The position numbers and the translations under genes are program-made. The notes below the pieces were generated by a model. The model was not told the DNA's origin. It searched no databases and saw only the letters and a list, made by a program, of their open reading frames with translations. Below are positions 30,780-43,666 of a DNA stretch of 64,000 bases, piece by piece (the stretch's first letter is position 1; each line of letters starts with the position of its first letter). The stretch is from an uncultured delta proteobacterium. GTDB lineage: Bacteria; Desulfobacterota; Binatia; UBA9968. The stretch covers positions 96,001 through 160,000 of the forward strand of contig CAWJBB010000087.1 in the NCBI GenBank assembly GCA_963840855.1, read 5' to 3'.

Positions 30780-31963
30780 GTGGCGGACCTCGCAGGCGAA
30801 TGGCGATCTGGCGACGTTCTTTCGTGCACATGCTCCGTATCAGCAGGCGCAGAGTATGGATGGTGATATTCCCGGTCATTTCGTCATCAAGGAATCACCG
30901 GCATACACAGATGAATTGCTGAAGGCTGCAGGAGGACCCGGGTGTCGTCATGGTCGCTACGGAACATTGGGTGAAGTATTTCCCTATCGCTACACGACTA
31001 TTGGCCCCTGAACACCGCGATTGTAGTCAACGACCTCAAAGGGAACCATCCGCAATTCGTACTGATCCATAATTTCCTGATACACGTCCTTGCCAACTCC
31101 AGAGCAGATTAAGGCGACGCGCTCCGGCAATCAACAAGAAACGTCCAAACATGAACTTTAGCGCTGTCGACCGTCCCGTGCCGACAGCCAGATTCAAGGA
31201 TGCAATCGCCGACATGCTCTCCGCCTACGACGAATTGATAGAGACCAACCGGCGGCGGATGGAGTTGCTGGAGGAGCGGCGCGGTTGCTTTACCGGGAGT
31301 GGTTCGTCCGCCTCCGCTTCCCCGGCCACGAACACGCCCGCATCACCAACGGCACGCCGGCGGGCTGGAGAAAAAATCACTCCGGCGCAACTGTGCGATT
31401 CTATTGATTACGGCTATACGGCCAGCGCCCAGAGAAGAAAGAAGTCGGCACCCAGAGTTTCTCCGCATTACCGATATCGTTCCGCAAGTCTATCATTGGT
31501 CTTCTGTCCCTTACTGTGAAATTCCTGACAACAAGCGGGAAAAGGTCCCTGGTTTACGAGAAGGTGAACATTGTCATCGCCAGAACTGGTGCAACGGTAG
31601 GTTATGCTAAACGGCTTCATTAAGCGTCATCCCGGAAGCTGTTTTCGCGTCTCTATTCTTTTTGGTTCGGGTTACGCCTCAAGCTCAGAAGTTTGACGAC
31701 CTCATGGTTGGGATTTTTCGTTGAATCAAGAAGACTACAAGAAATCACGTCCAGTCCAACGCACACGGGGCGGGGCAGCGTCAGCCGAAATGCAAACGCG
31801 AAGAGTGCTCTCAGGGGCTTCAAATTGTTTTTGTGTTCCACCCATCCAGCATTCAAAAGCTCTTTCGGGCTAATCTGTCGAACCAATCTTTGACCCAGCG
31901 CGAGTCTGCTGCAAATCCAAAACCAAAAGCTGCAAAGCCGCCCGCGACCTGCTGCTGCCGCAA
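30776..31963 (+). CDS. hsdS: Type I RM specificity subunit, frameshifted; 3' end runs into the AAA gene
   Basis: IADMLSAYDELIETNRRR, LYREWF..LRFPG, P.GW, FLRITDI, ARDLLLP. Confidence 0.85.
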
Positions 31964-32898
31964 CTAATCAAGTCTCACTTCGGTGACGAATCCGAGCGCT
32001 TTATAACGATCGCGCTCCAAGTCGCTGCCCATGAGGCACAGCAGGCTCAGGTGAGTTGGCTCACGAGATCCGGCTCATCGTGGAAAGGCGCGGCAGGATA
32101 AACGTCGCAGTAATCCTCAAGTTTCCGCAAGACCTCCGTGGCTTGGTTATTTCGGAGACTCCGACGGTTCCTTTAACCGCGCTTATCGTGCCAAGAGATC
32201 TCCGAACTAGAATTGAGCGCATCATTCACGAGCATCGCCAGCAAGAAAAGCTAAATCCCACGGACTTCACACCGTCGTAAAATTTTATTGACTGGTCCCC
32301 CAGGGACAGGCAAAACAATGACTGCTCGAGTCCTTGCTCATGAATTGCGTTTGCCGCTTTATCCATCCAGGTGGACAAACTTGTGACGAAGTTCATGGGC
32401 GAGACAAGCGCAAAGCTTCGCCAGATATTTGACTTGATTCAGGAAAAGACCGGGGTCTATTTGTTTGATGAATTCGATGCAATCGGAGGCGAACGAACGC
32501 TTGAAACTGATGTCGGCGAGATGCGCCGAGTAATCCATTCGTTTCTCCAATTCATCGAACAGGACACGTCCGATAGCTTGATCGTTGCGGCCAGCAACAG
32601 TCCAAACTACTTGACCGAGCCTTATATCGTCGGTTTGAGACGTGCTTTACTATGACCGTCCGGCGGCAGAAGATCGCAAACGCTTTCTGCAAAATGTGTT
32701 GGGATCCTTTTTACCGCCCGATCTAAACTTAGATCAATCATTCGTGCTAGTTCGGGACTGAGCCATGCGGAGTTTGACAAGGCCTGCCGTGATGCAATTA
32801 AGCACGCAATCCTGTCGGAGAGGCAAACGGTTACCACACAATTGCTTCTCCAGATGGTGAAGGAGCGCCGGGCTGCTCACCAGGGACGGCAACGATAA
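31964..32898 (+). CDS. ietA: IetA-like AAA+ ATPase (no start codon visible)
   Basis: IALQVAAHEA, GPPGTGKT, KFMGETSAKLR, FDEFDAIG, DVGEMRRV. Confidence 0.8.
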
Positions 32899-32904
32899 TC
32901 CCGC

Positions 32905-35353
32905 ATGCCAGGCGAGCGATACCGCCATATTTTCTTACCTGGACCGACACTTACTCAAGGCTTCACTAATCCCCGCCGAGGAGGTGAAGGCCCGCGGATA
33001 CCTGCCCGAGACCGTGGGCACATGGCATTCGATTACAGAACGACTAGAAGCCTATGGCGTGAGGTTGAGTCGACGCAAGCCGTTGCCCATACGGAACGTC
33101 ACGGGGTCTACATCGACTTCATCAGCGAACCTGGCTTCGATTTAGTGGTCAAAAGCCTCGAATCTATACGGATGGGAATCCGGCTCCTAAATGTTCGGAG
33201 ACAGCAGGTTGAAGGGACACGAACAAACCTTAGCGACAGTCTACGTACCCCATAATCAGTGAGGTTACTTACTTAACAGGATCCCGGGCCTACGCGGAGG
33301 AGCAAACGAGACGGCAACCTAAAAACGCAACGTTGATCAATAGCATCTCGGACATTCGTCGTTCTGTATTGGAGTCTTTTTGGCAGGACGGATAATTTCT
33401 TACCTGATGATGATCCGCAATGGATCGAAGTGTGGTTGAGTAGCGATCAGGACTCAGTCGTTGACCGTTTCGGTGAGTTGGTGCGCCAGCAAAACATTGA
33501 ACGGGCAGAAGGGGTATTAAGATTTCCTGAACGGTCGGTCCGAGTAATCCAAGCCGACCGTCACAAATAGAATTTCTAATTGAATGTCTGACGACATCGC
33601 GGAATTCCGACTTGGCCAAAGAGGTCGACTTCGGTCTTTATACAAATGGAGAACCGGGATCAACTCGAAAAGGTTCAGGAACTCTCTGGCCCGTACGCAA
33701 TTTGAAGGGAACGGAAAGTCGACCGTGACAATTCTCGACTCCGGTATTAACAACGGGCATCTACTAATCCAGCCAGTGCTTGCTAGTGAGGATCTGCACA
33801 CCGTGAAGGCCGAATGGGGTACGGAAGACCACGGCGGGCATGGTACCCTTATGGCCGGGACGGTCGCTTACGGTGACTCTTGAGGCGCTCAATTAGGTAG
33901 TACGATTCGGATATCGCATCGCTTGGAATCGGGAAAAATCCTACCACCACAAGGACGGAATCCAGAAAGATATGGGGATACGCAACGGCTCAAGGAATCA
34001 GCAGAGCAGAAATTCAGGCTCCCTATCGCCGGCGTGTAGTCTGTCTTGGCGGATAGCTGCTACCGACTTTCGGGACCGTGGTCGTCCTTCTTCGTGGTCT
34101 GGTCAATATCGATGAATTAGCGTCGGGGTACAATGATAATCTTCAAAGGCTCTTCATCGTTAGTGCAGGGAACGTGAGGGAGGAGAGGAATTCGAAAGAT
34201 ATCCGCAATCGAACATCGACCAATGAGATACACGGATCCCGGACAATCGTGGAACGCTATTACCGTCGGCGCTTACACGGAAAAGATTCGCATAGTCGGA
34301 CCAACAATGGGCGGTTACACGCCGATTGCGTCCGGAGGGCGGGCTCTACCTATAGTACGACGTCCAGCACTTGGTCTTCTCGGCCTCTGGCCTATTAAGC
34401 CGGATGTTGTTCTGGAAGGCGGGAATGTAGCACGCGGTCCAAACGATTCTGTCTTTAATAGCGATGATTTAGCCTGCTGTCCACGTATCGCGATCCGCAA
34501 GTGGCGCAATTCGCTCGGTTTGAAGCGACCAGTGCAGCCGCTGCCCCGGCAGCATGGATCGGCGCACAAATACAAGTCCAATATCCCGAGGCATGGCCGG
34601 AAACCATTCGTGCCCTAATAATTCACACTGCGGAATGAACTGACACAATGACGGAACAGATTCTTGACGGGACGAGAGCAAAGTTTCGTAGGCTAGGCTG
34701 CTTCGTGTCTGCGGCTATGGCGTGCCGAACCTTGAACGCGCCTTATATTGTGCGGCCAACTCGCTTACGCTGATTTCGCAAGCTGAGCTACAGCCGTACG
34801 ATAGAAGAGACGGGCGCTGGGTGACACGGGACATGCATCTCTATACGCTGCCTTGGCCGACAGAGTGCTGCGGGATCAACTGTCCGAGACGAGTATAAAA
34901 ATGCGGATTACCCTTTCGTACTTTATAGAACCTGGACCGGGAAGAAGTCGGATGGAACGACCGTATCGCTACCCATCTCATGCGCTCCGGTTCGCTCTAA
35001 ATGGTCCCGGTGAATCGGAAAACGATTTCATCCGCCGAGTAAACAAGCAGGCCCGCGACGATGGTCAACATCCGGGTACGGAAGGTCCTGGCCAACGGTG
35101 GGTCATAGGCGACGCACGAAATGTGGGATCCGTCCACTCTGACACCTGGCAGGGTCGGGGGGCCGAGCTTATGCGTCGAATTTAGTTGCAGTCTATCCTG
35201 CGGCCGGCTGGTGGCGCGAGCGACATAGTCTTGGCCGGTGGAATAAACATGCCGGTACTCTCTGATGTGTCCATTTTGCTTCCTCCGATTGATGTCGATA
35301 TCTATACGCCAGTTTCCATTCAGGTGGGCATAGCAATACCGATCCCAGTTTAA
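32905..35353 (+). CDS. ietS: IetS-like S8 subtilase protease, frameshifted
   Basis: LDSG, HGGHGT.MAG, SAGN, PIKPDVVLEGGN, ATSAA, WPETIRAL, ITLSYFIEP. Confidence 0.85.
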
Positions 35354-35492
35354 TGAGAAGAACAAATATTCGGTTCCCGTGATGTGCGCCCTCCCGATAA
35401 AGATGTATTCTCTTCTCGTTTGATTGCGTATAAAGCAATTAGCCCACAATGGAGTCACTGATGACCCAGAAAGCCAACTTGGTTGAGTCGAG

Positions 35493-38400
35493 ATGATCAC
35501 CGACATCAATAGCGAAGATCGGCTGGTCCAAAAGACGTTTGCCGACCATTTACATGATGTTCTCGGATAGGACAGCGTCTACGCATACAACGACGAAACC
35601 TTCGGACCGGCCGGCACACTGGGACGGGCCAGCCAGCGAGAGGCCGTGCTTTTGCGCGATCTGAGAGCGGCCCTTGAAAAGCTCAATTCGGGATTGCCGC
35701 AAAGCGCGCGCGAGCAGGCCATCGAAAAACTCACGCGCGTGGACTTTTCGCGCTCGCTGCTGCAACACAACCGGGAGTTCTATAGCTATGTTTGCCTGGG
35801 CGTGCCCGTGGAGTGGCGCAATGAAAAGGGCGAGACTCCAGCGTGTGCGCGCGCAGGTGATCGACTATCGCAACGAGTCGAATAATCGGTTTCTCGCCGT
35901 GCGCGAGCTCAAGATTCAAGGTACTAGGGTACCGCACTACAACCGCCGGGCCGAGCCTCGTTTGTTTCGTTAACGGATTGCCGCTGGTCTTCATCGAACT
36001 GAAAGCAGTTTATCTTAACATCCGCGCGGGGTTCGACAATAATCTGACGGATTACCTGCACGAGCACAGCATCGCACACGCCTTCCATCACAACACGTTT
36101 ATGGTGGTGAGCAATGGCGACCGGGCTCGACTTATGGGTCCATCACCAGCCAGTGGGAGCACTTTGCTGAGTGGAAGCGTAACGACGAGAAAGACAACGG
36201 ACAACTTGACGCGGAATATTTGCTCAATGGCATGCTCGCCAAGGAGAAGCTGCTCGACATCGTCAGAATTAATTTTCTTTGATGACAGCAAACCGGGCGG
36301 GACACGGAAAATCGTCGCTCGGAATCACCAGGTGTTGGGGGTGAACAATGCCGTAGCCGCGGTTAGCCGCCAGGAAGAGTTGGAAAAACGGTACCCGCTG
36401 GAGCAGCGGCTTCTTTCGTACACTGTTGCGAGAGCTCCGTTGCCCTTGGCGGCGGATCCACATGAAGTACCTTCAAAGAGATTGAGCGCTTCGTCGTCGA
36501 GGACGATAGGGACGAGGATCTGCCGCTAGTTAAAAGAGCCCACCCTGATCTGGGCCGGCTTGGTGTTTTCTGGCATACGCAGGGAAGCGGAAAGTCCTAT
36601 TCAATGGCCTTTTTCGTGGAAGATGTGGCGTTTCGTGCCGGGGAACTTCACGTTCGTCATCATGACCGACCGCGAAGATTTAGACGATCAAATTTACCGC
36701 ACCTTCGTCGGGTGCGGCGTGGCGGACGACAAAACGCCGCGGGCGAAGTGGGCGAGGACCTTCAATCACTACTAGGTGAGAACCACCGGTTCGTATTCAG
36801 CCTGATCCATAAGTTCAACCAGAATGTTAGGCGCCCTACAGTGAGCGGACGATATCATCGTGATCTCCGACGAGGCTCATCGCACTCAAGGCGGTAAGTT
36901 CGCACGCAATATGCGGCTGGCATTGCCGAACGCTTCGTTTATCGGATTCACCGGTACGCCGCTCTTTAAATACGATCACCTCACCCGGCGTATCTTCGGC
37001 GGTTACGTCTCGCGCTACGACTTTAAACGATCTGAAGAGGACCATTCGACGGTTCGCCTCGTATACGAGAACCGGGGCGAAAAGCTTGGCATCGTGCGAC
37101 TCGATCTCAACGACCGCATCGCGTCGAAGATCGAGGAAGCCGAACTCGACCCGGACCAGACGGCACTGTTGGAAAAGCTCCTCGGCAAAGACTACGAAGT
37201 GATCACTGCGGACGACCGACTGGACAAACTGGCCGAAGACTTCGTCGAACACTGTGCGACGCGCTGGGAAGCCGGCAAGTCGATGCTCGTATGCATCGAC
37301 AAGATCACGTGCGGTCGTATGTTGCAGCGCATCGAGTCACGATGGAACGCAAGATTATCGCTGGTGAAAGCTCAGATCCTAGGAGCCGAGGCGCAACTTG
37401 CGACGGCGACTGACTCGGATGAGACAGAACGACTCAGCAACAGAATAATGACGTTTCGTGGTCAGGCGGAGTGGATGGAATCGACCATCATCGAAATCAT
37501 TATAAGTGAAGCACAGAACGAGATTCAAGATTTCAAGAAATGGGACTTGGACATCATTTCGCACCGCGTTGTCATGAAGAAGGGCTTTGAAACACCCGAT
37601 GGGAAACGAGTTGCCGTGGATGATGCCTTTAAAGATCCGCAGCATCCGTTCCGCATTGCGATTATATGTGCCATGTGGCTGACTGGCTTTGATGTAGAGT
37701 GCCTGTCCACGCTTTACATCGACAAACCGATGAAGGCCCATACGCTCATGCAAGCGATCGCGCGCGCGAACCGTGTCTACCCCGGCAAGGACTGCGGTGT
37801 CATCGTGGACTATAATGGCATGCTCAAAAGCTTGCGCGAGGCGCTCGCCCAATATGCGCTAGGGGATGAAGACGACGGAGGCGACACCGGCGATATTGTG
37901 GAGCCGATTGAAGAGTTGGTTAAGTCCCTCGTACAAGCCATCGAAGCGGCGGAGAATCATCTCAAACAGCTCGGTTTCGAACCCTCACGATTGCGAGGTG
38001 CAAAAGGGTTTCAGCGGATCCAGGCGATGCGTGATGCGGTTGACGCATACTATGTTTCCGAGGACGCCAAGCGGCGCTTTGAAATCATGGCACGGCAGGT
38101 CTTTGCTCGATTCAAAGCTCTGCTGATGGAGCCCAGTTCGTATGCGTACGTGGAACGGCACGACAATATCGAGACAATCTATAAAAAGCTCGAAGAGAAA
38201 CGAGACACGGCGGATGTCACCGAAGTGCTCAAGGAACTGCACAAGATCGTCAACGAGGCAATTCGCGCGCAAGAGCCTGGAGACGATCACGCGGAGGGCC
38301 TCACGGTTGATTTGAGCCAGATTGACTTTGAGAGGCTGCGCCAGGAGTTTGCCAAACGTGTGACCCACAAGCGCGCTGCCTTGCAAGATATTCGTGATGT

Positions 38401-38908
38401 TATCGAGGCGAAGTTGCAGCAAATGCTCGATCGCAATCCGATGCAGATGGATTACTACAGAAAATATTTGGAAATAGTCGCGGAATACAATCGAGAGAAA
38501 GATCGAGTTACGGTGGAACAAACGTTCGCCGAACTGGATTACCGTGGCGAACAGTTTCGACGCCGAACAACGACGCGCCGCTGAAGAAGGCTTGAGCGAT
38601 GATGAGTATGTGCTATTCCAGATTGCTGTTCAAAGACAACATAAGCAAAGTCGACCGGGAGAAGCTCAAACAGGCAAGTAAATCCCTGCTGACATCGCTG
38701 AGGGATGTCATGCAGCGTATGCCCGCGTGGACTAAGAACTCCCAGACCCAAGCGGAGGTCAAGGTCCTTGTATTGGATACCCTTTGGCAGAGCTTGCCCA
38801 GGCCTGGTTTCTGACCAGGAAGCTGAGCAATTAGCGGACCGCGTCTATGACTATGTGTGGCAACGTAGCACAAGCGGGGCATCGTGGGGCGCGGAAGTTG
38901 GCGCCTAA
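35493..38908 (+). CDS. hsdR: Type I RM restriction subunit, frameshifted
   Basis: PLVFIELK, WHTQGSGKS, DREDLDDQI, DEAHRTQ, FTGTP, MWLTGFD, QAIARANR. Confidence 0.92.
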
Positions 38909-38976
38909 TCGAATCGGCAATGCAGACGCTGTAGATCGAGATCGTGGGCTACTCATGACGCAGTTCGTGACCGATC

Positions 38977-40250
38977 CTAGTTCATGGCTGCCATTCGGAT
39001 TCTCCACGGCCGGATCAAAAACAAAACCAGTAAAGTCGCGAACGTTAGCAGACTCAGCAAAATCCACAAAACCATCTCGTAACTTTCGGTCCGGTCGTAA
39101 ATCACCCCGGCCATTAAGGTCCGGCAAAGCTTCCCCACATATAGAAGAAACTCATCATGCCTCTGATCGTGGCGAAATGGCGCCGGCCAAAAAAATCCCC
39201 ACCGTGGCCCAGATGATGGGGAACGACGCATCCAGAAAAGTGAACGTAGTCGTGAACAGCAAGAGTTGCCAGTAACCGAGTCACGAAAAGCGGCGGCAGA
39301 GAAAGCGCCGGAAGAAGTGGCAAGCGGCCAAGAGTTTCGGCTTGTTCACCCGGTCGGCGATCCAACCGAGCAGGAAATGCGCCAGCAAATTGATAGATGC
39401 AAAAGCGCCGAGAAGGGTCGCGGCAGCGCCTTCGGATAGACCCTTCCAAACCATCAACGGAATAAAATGGACCGTCGCGGTGCTGTAGCAGGTCACGCGC
39501 GCGGTCATCGAAATAACCAGCAGCCAGAAAACCCAAGTTTTCATCGCCTCGACGACTGGTGAAATCGACAATTGAATTGCTGCCCGCCGCTTTGTCTGCG
39601 CTGGAAGTTGCTGTTGCCTCGATTGGTGCAATTTCACCGTCAGGCAATAGCCCCATGCTTTCCGGCGAGCGCTTCAACTGAAAACTCAAAGGCAAGCAGA
39701 CGAGCAAGAAGATGCAGCCCGAAGCAAAAGCAGCCCAGCGCCAACCCATGGAAGCTGCCGATGGCTAACAATGGAGAGATCAGCGCTCCGCCAATGGGCA
39801 CCGCGGCGCTCACGACGGTCATGGCGGGCGCGCGTTGACGAATAAACCAACTATTGGCGACCACCATCGGCGAGTGGACGAAGCCGGCAACGAACGCAAG
39901 GCAGATCACGCCGAGGTACACGACCATAAAGCCGGTGTAACTGGTCACCCAGGAAAGTAGGATGTAGCCGACTCCGGCAAGAAAAACCGCCGTAACGATG
40001 ATTGGCCGCGGGCCGTAACGGTCGATGAGATAGCCGACGAGCGGCGCTTCTATCGCCCCTTGCGCGCGCGACAGAGAAAACGCCAAAGACGTTGCCGCCC
40101 GGCTGATGCCGAGATCCTGGCTGATCGGGAGAAAGAAAACCGTGAAGCCAAACTGATGCAGCCCGCCGCCGACGATGCGAATGGCCGATACCAATCCCAC
40201 CATGTGCCAGCCATAAAAAATGGGGAAAAAATTGGGAAAACTCTTGAAAT
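38977..40250 (-). CDS. MFS transporter, frameshifted
   Basis: FYGW, G.LIDRYGPR, GWIADR, FFGRRHFATI.G, G.IYDRT.SY; start approximate. Confidence 0.85.
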
Positions 40251-40357
40251 TGATGGCGGCGCGGGAAAGTTACAGCGCCGACGTTATGTGAAGAAAAGGA
40301 TCAGGGGCAAGGGCAAGTCGAAGCGGAAGAGAGGTGAAGGCTGAGAGAAAAAAGCTG

Positions 40358-40421
<64 letters not shown>

Positions 40422-40530
40422 GCTCGTCGCGAGTAAGTTGCAAGGTAGACAGAGATGGAGGACGAGAGAAAACCGACCGCTCGTCACGACTATTTCTTTG
40501 TAAAGGAAGAAAGTCCCCGCCGCTGGCTGC

Positions 40531-41366
40531 TTACGCCTGCATCCACTGTACTTCGTAGACTCTGACGGAGCGATCGAAACCTTTTGGCGTTACTTCGCCT
40601 AAATCCGAGAACGGCAACTGTTTGCCCTGACCATCGGTCCAGCACTGCCTGATCAATTAGAATCCGCGCAGGTTCAGCGTGCGCACAAAGGCGCGCCGCC
40701 AATTGGACTGCCTTGCCAAAAAGATCGCCATGTTCCTCAATAGGCTCGCCGGCGCTCAGCCCAATGCGTAAATACAGCGGCGTCTCCGGGTGTTCCAGAT
40801 TATACGCAGTAAACGCCTTCTGGATGACAATCGCACACTCCACCGCATCCGGTACCGAGGCAAAGGAGGCCATGATTCCGTCGCCTGTGTGCTTGATCTC
40901 GCGTCCTTGGTGAGCGTTGAGCGAGTTGCGGGTCAGCGCATTGTGGACATGAAGCAGATGGAGAGCCTTGGCGTCTCCATATATGTGGTCATCAGCGTCG
41001 AATCTTTCAAATCCGTGAACATGATGGCGCGGAAACCCGAATCAATGGAAATCTCCCCGGTCTTTCCTGGTGACGCATCCATAGGCGGAGGATCCTTGAT
41101 CCGACCCAAAAACGCGTCCACCACGGCGGGATCGACCTCAAGAACTTCGTTGGGGACGAACCGTGAGCTTCGTCGTGGGCGCGCTCAATAGTTTCTCGAT
41201 TGGGCGCCTCGATGAGGCAAAACGCGGTACAGCGCATCTCATCAAACCAGTAGGTCAAAAACTTGACGTGATATTTCTCCTGAAGCGCCAGATCCTTCTG
41301 GTGCGCATCTGCGATGGCGTGCCGAGTCGCGCCTTCGATGTAATGGCGATCCATGTAAACAGGCAT
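40531..41366 (-). CDS. DUF4242 (SCO4226-like) domain fused to a class III adenylate/guanylate cyclase, frameshifted
   Basis: YMDRH, AH..D...Q, YWFDE, FCLIEAP; then IMFTDL.DST, KHTGDG.MA, RIGL.AGEP, DLFG.AV.LAARL. Confidence 0.85.
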
Positions 41367-41482
41367 GTTTGGTCCTCTTGCGCTAGAAACCGCGCCTCCG
41401 AAGTCCTGTCAAGTTGGCTGCAAGGTTCGCTTCGGAGACGCGAGCTTCTTAAGAAGTCTTTGACCGCAGCTTCAGCCACAAC

Positions 41483-41917
41483 TTGCCGCACGTACGCTCG
41501 CTGCCGCTGTTCGCCTTTCGCGACCTCGTGGCTCACAAAATTCCCGAACGCTTCCCGGAACTGCGGTTTGGCTTCATCGAGGCGTCGGCCTCCTGGGTAC
41601 CCTACGTGCTACACCACCTCGAACGGTCCAGCGGCGCCAAACTCAACGCTGGCGGCGACGCCGATGCAGCCATGGAGTGGGGCCCGAAGCTATTCAGCGA
41701 CTACCGGCTCTACATTGCCGCCGAGGCGGACGAAGACCTGGCCTATCTCCTGACTCACATTGGCGAAGACAACATGATCATGGGCTCGGATTACGGCCAC
41801 CAGGATCAATCCAAAGAAGATGGTATGGTGGGTGTGATGCGGCGCAAGAAAAGCATATCGCCGGCGGTGATCGAAAAAATTCTCTGCGACAACCCGCGTC
41901 GCTTCTACGGACTTTGA
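41483..41917 (+). pseudogene. Amidohydrolase_2 family, C-terminal fragment
   Basis: ERFPELRFGFIEA...WVP, MGSDYGH.D, KIL.DNPRRFY; 5' part missing. Confidence 0.75.
41817..41917 (+). repeat. Direct repeat of about 100 bp (amidohydrolase 3' end), copy 1; copy 2 at 49841-49942
   Basis: gtgatgcggcgcaagaaaagcatatcgccggcggtgatcgaa...ttctacggact present at both loci. Confidence 0.9.
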
Positions 41918-42059
41918 CGATCATGAGACGTCAGCTTACCCCGACTCCGTCCGGAAATATCAAGACCAAAGACTTGATAATGTCCTGGCGGGCTCTCCGA
42001 GAAGCACTAAGGTTGGCGATGAGCCAACCCCAAAACTTTCTCATAAGGAGGAGACGAAG

Positions 42060-43078
42060 ATGAAACTGTGTGGTGCCATCGACTTGCACTCCAACAACAA
42101 TGTCACGGTGCTGAGCAACGAAAAAGATGAGGTCGTTTACCGAAAGCGTTTGCCCAACGATCTCAAGTTAATCCTCGGCCAGCTCGCCCCCTATCAATCG
42201 GAGATCGCAGGGATCGTAGTGGAGTCAACGTACAATTGGTCTTGGCTGGTCGATGGATTGATGGAGCAGGGCTATCGAGTGCACCTGGCCAACACCGCGG
42301 CAATCCAACAATACGATGGGCTGCGTACACCGACGATCGTTCGGACGCGCGTTGGTTGGCACACCTCCTGAGATTCGAAGTCTTACCCGAAGGATATATC
42401 TATCCGAGAGAACATCGGCCCGTACGGGATCTATTGCGCAAGCGCGGCCAGGTGGTACGGCAAAGGACAGGGAACCTGTTAAGCATTCAGGATCTGGATA
42501 CCCGGAACCCGGCAATTGGCTGCGCGCCAACCAGATCGAAGGACTGCAGGTCGAGGACATCGAGGGTAGCGTAGCGGCAAGGGATCTCGCCTTAGCGATA
42601 AGGCCAACCTTTCGGTGATGCACAGTGCCGATGAACAGTTCCAGATCCTGGAGCAGACCGTCAGCGAAAGAGTCAAACTGTGAGCCGAGTTCAGGTCTCT
42701 AAAGATCGTCCCGGGGATCGGGCAGATCCTAGCGCTCGCGATAATGCTGGAGGCCGGGGAGATCAGGAGATTTCCCAGTGTCGGGAACTTCGCTTCGTAC
42801 TGTCGCTGTGTGGGCAGTCAGAAGATCGGCAATGGCAAGAAAAAAGGCAAGGGCAACACCAAGAACGGCAACAAGTAACTTCGCTGGGCGTTGTGGAGGC
42901 GGCGACTTTGCGATCCGGTTAACTCCGAAGATTAAGAGATTCTATCAGAGAAAGAAGTCAAAGACCTAAGGGATGGTGGCGATCAAGGCGGTGGCGCACA
43001 AGCTGTGCCGGGCCTGTTACTACATAATGAGAGATCGGGTCGCGTTCCCTCGTCGACCAAAGCCTTCGGCCAGAATAA
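42060..43078 (+). CDS. IS110-family transposase/recombinase, frameshifted
   Basis: IDLHSN, VVESTYNW, TDD..DA..LA, VPGIG.IL, FASYCR, KNGN..L.W. Confidence 0.88.
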
Positions 43079-43084
43079 ATTTAA

Positions 43085-43500
43085 CGGTTCGGATGGGGCA
43101 GTGAGCTTGTAATCGGGTTGGCTCGGAACCACGAATGTAATTCCTCGCTGCCCGTCCCTGAATTAGACAACTCGGTGGTATATGATCAGAGGGTACGCCC
43201 ATGCCGTGAGCCAGAAAAGGGTTGGCCCTCCGAACAGGGAGAACCACAGGATCTGTGAATCTCCAACCCTTGGACGCGGCATGGTACCGACAGTTTTCTG
43301 GGGCAAGTAAACTTGCCAGGGGCGGGGGGAGGAACTCCTTATTGGGATCACTCCACAGCCTTGATCCTGATGGGTGACTGGTGCGGACCAACTGGTTCGA
43401 CACCGATAGATTGAAAACAGGGGCGCGTTCTCAGAGATCACGGATCACGGAGTTGAAAAAAGGGAACAAGAAGAATTCCTATCGAAACGTCTGTGCTTCT
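43085..43500 (+). ncRNA. Candidate IS110 bridge/seek RNA
   Basis: Long stem (ccatgccg..aagggttgg / ccaaccctt..cggcatgg) and an internal ATGGGTGAC at 43370-43378 identical to the element end at 43515-43523. Confidence 0.55.
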
Positions 43501-43666
43501 TGACCTGCCTGCTAATGGGTGACCTTATTCACACATTCACATAGCAGCGTCTTCGACCAGCCTGTCGACCCTTCTTGCTCTTGACTACCGCGGACAGGGA
43601 AAGGAGAATGCCCGCGCTGGAGCAAAGAGCCGGCAAAATATCTTCTCATGAGCTGAGGGAACGGGT

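Larger units (their letters stand above)
41915..43523 (+). mobile_element. IS110-family element 1 (left end uncertain)
   Basis: DEDD recombinase gene with a long structured 3' non-coding end and TTGACC near the right terminus. Confidence 0.75.

Noticed and set aside
28636-38908. Programmed frameshifting or phase variation in the hsd and iet genes
   Set aside because: Indels are numerous, scattered and not tied to slippery or repeat tracts; consensus error is the simpler explanation
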